DNA from: an archaeon
Lineage (GTDB): Archaea; Methanobacteriota_B; Thermococci; Methanofastidiosales; NM3
Direction: 5' to 3'
DNA length: 64,000 nucleotides
Assembly: GCA_004212155.1 (NCBI GenBank)
Contig: RXIG01000008.1
Location: 31,827 to 95,826, forward strand
In this document: one piece after another, positions 57,896-64,000 of the stretch
Layout: every line of letters begins with the position of its first letter
How positions within the stretch are numbered: position 1 is the stretch's first letter
Notes under the pieces: generated by a model
What the model was told of the DNA's origin: nothing
Databases searched by the model: none
Seen by the model: the letters and a program-made list of their open reading frames with translations, nothing else
Translations under genes and position numbers: made by a program

Positions 57896-58154
57896 TGTTG
57901 GGTCGTATGCGCGCTACGTCAACACCGGCACCATAGGCAGGGTCGTTGATGTGCGTGAGGAGGACGGCATGACGTTTGCCAAGCTTGATGCAACCGAGCT
58001 CTATTACGACATCACGTACCTCGAGGCGGCAGAGAAGCCGGCCGAGGAGGCAAAACGCACGGGACATGACCTGGCATTCGAACAGAAGACGCACGATGAG
58101 CTCAGGGACGCGCTCGGCTCGGGCGACATGAGCGAGAACGTTGGCGGCGGATGA
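57882..58154 (+). CDS. DUF2098-like archaeal protein
   Basis: G.Y.RY.NTGT.G.V, L.Y...LE, C-terminal GGG. Confidence 0.75.
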   Translation: MNQIDVGSYARYVNTGTIGRVVDVREEDGMTFAKLDATELYYDITYLEAAEKPAEEAKRTGHDLAFEQKTHDELRDALGSGDMSENVGGG

Positions 58155-58727
58155 TCACAACACGTCATATGCTGCCATCGCCGCAAGCTCGGCCTGCCTG
58201 CGCGTCGAACCGCTCCCTATGATGAGCACGTCTCCGTCGTTGAGCCTGAACGTTTCGCACAGAGTCGAAACGTCCTCCGGATAGTCCGCCTCGATGTCCA
58301 TGAAACCCGGCGGCATTGTCAGCGTGCCGTTCCTGTAGACGAGGACGGTCGCCCCGTCGCCGCCGATCTTTATGGCTTCATCCCTCTGTGATATGCCATT
58401 GCTGACAGAGGCGCTCTTCTGGCGCGCAACGATGCAAAAATCATACGGTCCGAGGCTCAATCGTCCGGCGTCAACATGCGAGGCCATGCGAAAATACGGT
58501 TGTGCGTCGAGATATTCCTTGCCGCGTTGCGTGATGACCTGGCCATGCTGGGTCGATTCGATGAATCCGTCGCGAAGCAGTTTCTTCAGGATCGTCCGAA
58601 CGGAACACTCGGTAAGCTCCATCTTCTTCCTGAGCAGGTGCCTGCCGATAGGCCCCTTCGTATCGATAATGCGCAACGCTCGAAAAACATCATATGCATG
58701 GTAGTTGGGTTGGGGACCCACGCTCAT
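58155..58727 (-). CDS. HTH-containing DUF4443/DUF2111-like protein
   Basis: GPIGR..L.......SVRTILKKL, RDEAIKIG..GAT. Confidence 0.75.
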   Translation of the reverse strand: MSVGPQPNYHAYDVFRALRIIDTKGPIGRHLLRKKMELTECSVRTILKKLLRDGFIESTQHGQVITQRGKEYLDAQPYFRMASHVDAGRLSLGPYDFCIVARQKSASVSNGISQRDEAIKIGGDGATVLVYRNGTLTMPPGFMDIEADYPEDVSTLCETFRLNDGDVLIIGSGSTRRQAELAAMAAYDVL

Positions 58728-58783
58728 GCCAGCATTACGCAGCGAATTGATAAATACTTTTTGCTGTTTAATTCGCGGCTCAT

Positions 58784-59812
58784 TCAGCCAAAGAGCATAT
58801 TGCCAATGCGCTTTGCCACTGCATACGTGGCGTCCTTCTTGCCATGGTGCTTGAATCCGGCCTTCCACACGTCGATCTCGCTGATGTCGGCACTGACGAT
58901 CTCTTTTTTCGACTCGCGTATGCGTTGCATGTGCGCCTCGATCTCTGCTGTTGACAAGCCCTTGTAATCGATGAATCGGGCACCGTAAATCGCATTGCGT
59001 GAACCAACGTCGATGTCCACCGAGACGTGTATTCGCGAGCAGTCAAGCGAGGACGGGTCAAAGAGTCGTTTGTTCGCACGAAGCCGTTCCTTGGGGAGGA
59101 TGGTGACTCCCATGCCCTCATAATGATGATAAAATGACAAAAAGCGCTGGATGCGCTCATCGCGTATCTGTTCGGTCTTCTTGGACGGGTAGTCGGAGAC
59201 GCCCACGATCATGACGTTCTCGGGCGCTATGTGACCGTCGTCGATGAGCCGGTAGAGGAACGAATCGGCATTGAAGCTCTCCGGGCGATTCACGACGAAG
59301 GGATCGTCGGGGTCGAAATGGCTCTGGGGATTCGTGTCGATGTCGTACTGTATGAGCCCGCAGCGGTAGCTCGGCAGGATGCCGTCGAAGTGGCTGTCGA
59401 ACATGACGACGCCCACATCATCCTTTCCATGCAACTCGCAGGCGTGCATGATCGGTGCCGCGGCAACCGAGTGGTCGACCGCGATCATCAGCGAACGGTT
59501 GTCGCCGACGAGCTCCCCCATGCCGGCCTTGATCGCCTGTGTGTACTCCCAGCACCCATCGCTGTCGATGAAAGCGACATAGTTCTCGACGGTGCTCATG
59601 AAAAGCTCCTCCTCACTTGGGAGGGGCGTGAGCCACGACTCAACGGGGACATTGCCAAGCAGCTGGTGCTTGAACGAAAACGAACGGGAAAGTGCCGTGT
59701 ACGGGTCGGGATGAGGAAGTGAAGCCCGTGCGCGCTGGTCATGCTTGAGGCGCACCACCGACTCGCGTTCGTCCGGGTCGAGGGGAACGCCGTATACAAG
59801 AACATCGTTCAT
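58784..59812 (-). CDS. Arginase/agmatinase-family ureohydrolase (divergent)
   Basis: VDHS, FDSHFD, SVDIDV, DISE. Confidence 0.75.
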   Translation of the reverse strand: MNDVLVYGVPLDPDERESVVRLKHDQRARASLPHPDPYTALSRSFSFKHQLLGNVPVESWLTPLPSEEELFMSTVENYVAFIDSDGCWEYTQAIKAGMGELVGDNRSLMIAVDHSVAAAPIMHACELHGKDDVGVVMFDSHFDGILPSYRCGLIQYDIDTNPQSHFDPDDPFVVNRPESFNADSFLYRLIDDGHIAPENVMIVGVSDYPSKKTEQIRDERIQRFLSFYHHYEGMGVTILPKERLRANKRLFDPSSLDCSRIHVSVDIDVGSRNAIYGARFIDYKGLSTAEIEAHMQRIRESKKEIVSADISEIDVWKAGFKHHGKKDATYAVAKRIGNMLFG

Positions 59813-59872
59813 AGTATCCACGAACCGCAACAGTATAAAAAGATTACGCAAATGAATAATATACGCCATAAA

Positions 59873-59889
59873 AAGAACGATATGTTCTT
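59873..59889. promoter_or_regulatory. Palindrome AAGAAC-N5-GTTCTT between divergent ureohydrolase and Lrp genes
   Basis: aagaac gatat gttctt. Confidence 0.4.
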
Positions 59890-60029
59890 AAATACTAGAT
59901 TAACATAACAAATAATAAAAAAATATACCCTATAAAAAAATATGAGATTCCAAATATGATAATTGTTGCTGTACCGTATTCTCCAATAACTTTAAATATT
60001 TATCTAATATTCAATATAATGGTGACACC

Positions 60030-60488
60030 ATGGACGATTTGGATAAACAAATCCTTAACATCCTTCAGGACAACGACAAGACCCCGTACTACGAGATAGG
60101 AAAGCGTCTTGGTGTAGGTTCGACAACGGTTCATTCCCGCGTGAAGAAACTGGTGGAGAACGGGACCATTAAACGGTTCGCCGCCATCGTGGACCCAAAG
60201 CTTGTAGGATATACCGCATGCAAGATGGTCGGCCTCACGGTCCAACCGGATAAGATTGAGGAAGTTGCAGAAAAGATTTCAAAGTTTGACGAGGTCACAA
60301 TGATCGGCACAACGGGTGGCGACCACGACATCGTCATGGAGGTCATAGGGCCGGACGAACGGGCGATTGGACGATTCATAAACGAAAAGATAAAGACGGT
60401 CGAAGGTGTGAAGTCAGGCATCGGCATGATCCATGTCTCGACCTTCACTGAGATCTACAAGCACAATCACAAGATCGTCTTTTACTAA
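60030..60488 (+). CDS. Lrp/AsnC family transcriptional regulator
   Basis: MDDLDKQILNILQ, TVHSRVKKL...G.I, TGGDHDI. Confidence 0.92.
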   Translation: MDDLDKQILNILQDNDKTPYYEIGKRLGVGSTTVHSRVKKLVENGTIKRFAAIVDPKLVGYTACKMVGLTVQPDKIEEVAEKISKFDEVTMIGTTGGDHDIVMEVIGPDERAIGRFINEKIKTVEGVKSGIGMIHVSTFTEIYKHNHKIVFY

Positions 60489-61063
60489 TCCTTTCGGACC
60501 GCTTTCACGGCCGCTACGATCCTTTTTCCCAGATTGCGGGCATTTTCTCGCGTGCCCTCGTCATTTTTTGCATCATCCTTCTTCTGGGCATAGACCATGA
60601 GGCCAAGGCCGGGAACGCCCCCAAGGCCGACGACCATCATCTTGTTGGTAAGCATGAATCCGTCAAGCGAGGCGAGCGTGTTGAAGTGGCCCCACTTCCA
60701 TGCAACGGCCACGGATGCGCCAACCTTGTTCTCAAGAGACTTTCCCTGCCGCCATATGACGCGTTCGCGGTCGATGAGCGCCTTGACCTGAGAGGGCACG
60801 TTGCCAAAGTAGACGGGGGCTCCCATGACGATGCCATCGGCAGCAAGCATTTTGTCGTATATGCCCTGTACGTCGTCGTCATGCTTGCAGCGTTTGTTCT
60901 CGGCGCAAAACTCACATGCCTCGCATGGATAGATCGTCTTTCCTGCGATGCTGATAAGCTCGATATCCGCCCCTTCCGCCTCAGCGGAACGAAGCACCTC
61001 TTCGAGGACGAAGTCGGTATTTCCGCCCCTGCGGGGACTACCTGATATGCCTAGTATCTTCAT
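60485..61063 (-). CDS. Iron-sulfur flavoprotein / flavodoxin family
   Basis: GSPRRGGNT, CEACEFC....C, PVYFG, K..IDR. Confidence 0.9.
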   Translation of the reverse strand: MKILGISGSPRRGGNTDFVLEEVLRSAEAEGADIELISIAGKTIYPCEACEFCAENKRCKHDDDVQGIYDKMLAADGIVMGAPVYFGNVPSQVKALIDRERVIWRQGKSLENKVGASVAVAWKWGHFNTLASLDGFMLTNKMMVVGLGGVPGLGLMVYAQKKDDAKNDEGTRENARNLGKRIVAAVKAVRKD

Positions 61064-61515
61064 TTGATCACCATGATAGCTTCCTGACGAGGCTATAAAT
61101 ACGTTTTTGTGAAAAATACGACGAAGAATCACAATGAGGCGGTATCGTGCTTTAGCGTTGCCCATATGCCGTGATTAGAGCCATGCAAGGGCACCAAAGT
61201 AACATGAAGCGCGCCTGTTTTTGTGACGATCTCAATCAAGATGCATCCCAAAGACAGAGGCATGACATGCGCTATCGCAGGCAGCATGGTACGGAGGATT
61301 CATTCTTGGGGGAACATTCTAAATTTCATATGGAGCCACATTGGAAGAGACTGGTCGCCGTTCAGTGTTATCTGCAAAGGCATCCTCTCTCTGTTGAAGT
61401 GACAACACCCTGAAAATCACGGCCGCAATGTCTTCGGGAAACAATGTTCTGTTGAGAGCAAATATTATACACATAAGAACTATTTATGTCTTATTGTATT
61501 ATATAAATTATTAAT

Positions 61516-61531
61516 ATGTCTTATTAGACAT
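61516..61531. promoter_or_regulatory. Near-perfect palindrome ATGTC-TTATTA-GACAT upstream of ABC binding-protein gene
   Basis: Direct reading; TATGTCTTATT also repeated 30 bp upstream. Confidence 0.5.
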
Positions 61532-61595
61532 TATAATAACTCTTTAAGGAATACATTTATATATCGTTTCATGCTAGAAAAGCTAGGTGTAACTT

Positions 61596-62807
61596 ATGGA
61601 CAAGATAAAAGCATGTCTTGCATTGATACTGGCACTAAGCATCGTAACGGCCGGATGCATAGGTGGTGGGGACGAGACAGAGACCCCGGGACCAACCCCT
61701 GTACAGATCGTCTATATGTCCGGAGTTGGCACGATGCCATCTGCCCTTTCAAATGGGGAGGTCAATGCGTATATCGCTTGGCAGCCCATGGTGGCCGTGG
61801 CCGACGTGGGAAACATCGGGAAGGTCATCACCTATTCTCAGGACCTTCCGCCCGAGGGCGAATGGGAAAATCATCCATGTTGTGCTCTTGTGACGACCAA
61901 CTCGTTTGCCGAGCAAAGGCCCCGCATGGCGCAATACCTCACCATGCTCATGATAAACGCGACCAACTACATCAATGAATACCCAACGGAGACGGCACAC
62001 ATCTGTGCTGACTGGTTATTCGGTGGCGAGGAACTGACATATGGCCCCGTGACCGTGGACTCGTATGAGGTGGAGGAAGCATCGATCCCCACCATCAAGT
62101 TCATCACCGAGCCGACGGAGAAATGGAAGGATGATGTGGTGAAGTTCGTCCATGCTGAGGAGGAGATAGGCCTCGTGAACGATGTACTCGTGGGCAAGAC
62201 AGATGAGGAGATAAAGGACCACATCTTCAATCAAGATATATACGCTGCGGCGATCGCCTCGCTCGACTCTGGAGACTATATGTCAGATGAAGCACCCGCT
62301 AATGTTCCCACCATCGACTTCGGATACCTGCCATCCGACCACGACGCAGCACTCTTTGTTGCTGCAGAGAACTGGGAATACTTCAGGGACAACTACGGCA
62401 TCTACCTCTCTCCGGTGAACGCGGGCCCTAATGGAACGTACAACCTCGTCATCGACGGCACGACCATGGCACGCATAAATCTCATCGAGTTCTCCGCAGG
62501 TTCTGCGGCGATGACGGCGGCCAGCCAGGGAAACATCGATTACAGCATCATCGGTGTCCCGCCGGCAATACTCTTCATCGACCAGGGTGCGCCGGTACAG
62601 ATCGTATCCCCACTCCAAACGGAAGGGTCCGGTGTCGTCGTCTCAAACGACGCATCCTATGACGACTGGGATGGATTCGTCGAGTGGATAAAGGAGCAGC
62701 AGGCAGACGGCAAGACGGTCAAGATCGGCGACCCGATGCTGGGCTCGATCCAAGACGTCATGCTCAAGCGAGCGCTCAAGGAAGAAGGTATACCTTACGT
62801 GGAGTGA
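61596..62807 (+). CDS. NitT/TauT (SsuA/NMT1-like) ABC substrate-binding lipoprotein, apparently circularly permuted
   Basis: Lipobox AGCIGGG; WQP...HPCC in N-terminal half; GYLPSDHDAALFVA...QTEGSG...GSIQDV in C-terminal half. Confidence 0.8.
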   Translation: MDKIKACLALILALSIVTAGCIGGGDETETPGPTPVQIVYMSGVGTMPSALSNGEVNAYIAWQPMVAVADVGNIGKVITYSQDLPPEGEWENHPCCALVTTNSFAEQRPRMAQYLTMLMINATNYINEYPTETAHICADWLFGGEELTYGPVTVDSYEVEEASIPTIKFITEPTEKWKDDVVKFVHAEEEIGLVNDVLVGKTDEEIKDHIFNQDIYAAAIASLDSGDYMSDEAPANVPTIDFGYLPSDHDAALFVAAENWEYFRDNYGIYLSPVNAGPNGTYNLVIDGTTMARINLIEFSAGSAAMTAASQGNIDYSIIGVPPAILFIDQGAPVQIVSPLQTEGSGVVVSNDASYDDWDGFVEWIKEQQADGKTVKIGDPMLGSIQDVMLKRALKEEGIPYVE

Positions 62808-62829
62808 TCTCCACGATCTCTTTCCTTTC

Positions 62830-63351
62830 TCATTCCGAAAGCTTTTGAGCAGCCCGTGTGATGGCGTCTTCGAGAGCGAACTTCGGCATCATCGTGACAA
62901 CGGGAATCCTCACGAGCTTGTCGATGGTGGGTGATACGATGGGCGCGCAGACGATCGCATGGGCACCTCCTCGCTCTGCATTGACGGCAGCGAGGATGGC
63001 ATCCTCCATCGTGACTGCGGAAAACTCCCTGACGACGTATTCCTTTCCATCGACCTCTATGGACTTTCGAGGTATGGTCGAGAGGACCGTGCGCGCGGCG
63101 ATGACGGCGATGAACGGTTTGTCTGTGACGCCTTCGAGCCGCTTGAGCGCCTGCAGGATATCGCGCACCGCCCTGAGCGTGGGTTCCCTGTTCCCATCGA
63201 CGATCTTGTAGAGCGTGCTCTTGGGGATGCCGGAATAATCGGCAAAGCTTGATATCGACATATGCTGTTCACTATATATCGTGTGTTTGAGGGCATCGAT
63301 GAATCGCTCGTGCGAGATGGAGATTGCAGAAAGTACGTCCGAATATGTCAT
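62830..63351 (-). CDS. XRE-type HTH regulator with C-terminal archaeal domain
   Basis: SGIPKSTLYKI..G.REP; FIAVIAAR, AERGGA.AIVCAPIVS. Confidence 0.85.
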   Translation of the reverse strand: MTYSDVLSAISISHERFIDALKHTIYSEQHMSISSFADYSGIPKSTLYKIVDGNREPTLRAVRDILQALKRLEGVTDKPFIAVIAARTVLSTIPRKSIEVDGKEYVVREFSAVTMEDAILAAVNAERGGAHAIVCAPIVSPTIDKLVRIPVVTMMPKFALEDAITRAAQKLSE

Positions 63352-63551
63352 AAATATTACCTAATACGCCTTCTAGTGTATAATATTTATACTTTTGTAT
63401 AAATAATTTGGCGTCATCCAAAAAAAAGAAGAAAAATTTATAAATTAGCCTACCAGCTTATGCTGTAAGTCTCTGAGGACACGCCTACCCATCAATTGGT
63501 AGAAGAGGACGATGGCAATGAACTTCGTCTTTACCATCAGAGGTGCACATC

Positions 63552-64000
63552 GTGAAGAAAAGAATCATCAAGGTATTACTTCCCATCGCCATCATCATAG
63601 GATGGGAGCTCATCTCCTTAACGATAGACAATCAATGGAAACTCCCGTTGCTCGAGAGCATCGTCTCGATCCTTGCAGACCCCACGAAACGGCTTCTGGG
63701 AACGGGATCGCTCATTGAGAACACCTACTTCTCCCTCAAACGGGTGTTTCTAGGATTCGCCCTCGCATCGGGCATCGGCATACCCCTGGGCATAGGCATG
63801 GGGTGGTGGACCAGGATAGGCGACGTCTTCGACTATACCATCGAGGTGCTCAGACCCATTCCCCCCCTGGCATGGATACCACTCATACTGGCCTGGTTCG
63901 GGCTGGGGCTGCGCTCTTCCATCATCATCATATTCATAGGTGCGTTCTTCCCCATCCTCGTCAATACGATAGAGGGCGTCAAGAACGTGAACAGCGGACT
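63552..64000 (+). CDS. NitT/TauT ABC permease (partial; runs off window end)
   Basis: Hand translation from GTG 63552: ...SLKRVFLGF...GIPLGIGMG...LRPIPPLAWIPL..WFGLG...FFPILVNTIEGV. Confidence 0.9.
   Translation, partial: MKKRIIKVLLPIAIIIGWELISLTIDNQWKLPLLESIVSILADPTKRLLGTGSLIENTYFSLKRVFLGFALASGIGIPLGIGMGWWTRIGDVFDYTIEVLRPIPPLAWIPLILAWFGLGLRSSIIIIFIGAFFPILVNTIEGVKNVNSG

Noticed and set aside
61171-61413. 80-aa ORF, and 36397-36612
   Set aside because: No RBS, atypical composition, no motifs.
1-64000. CRISPR array, IS element, integrase, diversity-generating retroelement, rRNA, RNase P or SRP RNA
   Set aside because: No spaced repeats, transposase, integrase or reverse transcriptase motifs, or diagnostic RNA sequences found by reading.
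1-64000. Selenocysteine/pyrrolysine read-through or frameshifted pseudogenes
   Set aside because: Recognised proteins reach family-typical ends with Cys at catalytic sites; no split domain noticed.

Overview
Archaeal chromosome segment with GC-rich coding regions and very AT-rich intergenic regions. Archaeal markers include aEF-1beta, FEN1, RpoK, RpoF, eL21, Pus10, isopentenyl phosphate kinase and GGPP synthase. The GCIGGG lipoboxes, DUF2098-like gene and methanogen-type NifB suggest an anaerobic Thermococci/Methanofastidiosia/Theionarchaea-like lineage; this placement is inference, not a database result. Contents: core information genes at 1.8-3.5 kb and 54-57 kb, a giant secreted surface protein with a membrane-anchored partner, argGH, a beta-helix surface protein, a cobalamin/iron-type ABC transporter whose binding protein carries a fasciclin domain, and a ~10 kb redox/metal/sulfur cluster. 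That cluster runs desulforedoxin, fprA, an orphan nifB, copA, two rubrerythrin-like genes, YHS, ArsR, tusA, dsrE and iscS, with peroxiredoxin and nfu nearby. Further on are a heliorhodopsin, LonC, an RPH/PigC-type dikinase paired with an RDHSWG beta-barrel gene, iorAB, a resolvase-like nuclease near tRNA-Glu, and a NitT/TauT ABC system whose binding protein appears circularly permuted. Several genes missing from the ORF track were read by hand: an N-terminal AAA+ fragment, a Zn-ribbon protein, rpoK, a 23-aa Lys-rich peptide, YHS, desulforedoxin and an ABC permease. No CRISPR array, transposase or integrase was seen. The best candidates for an undescribed system are the complete NifB embedded in a stress/copper/sulfur-relay operon with no nifHDK in the window, and the dikinase plus beta-barrel pair.
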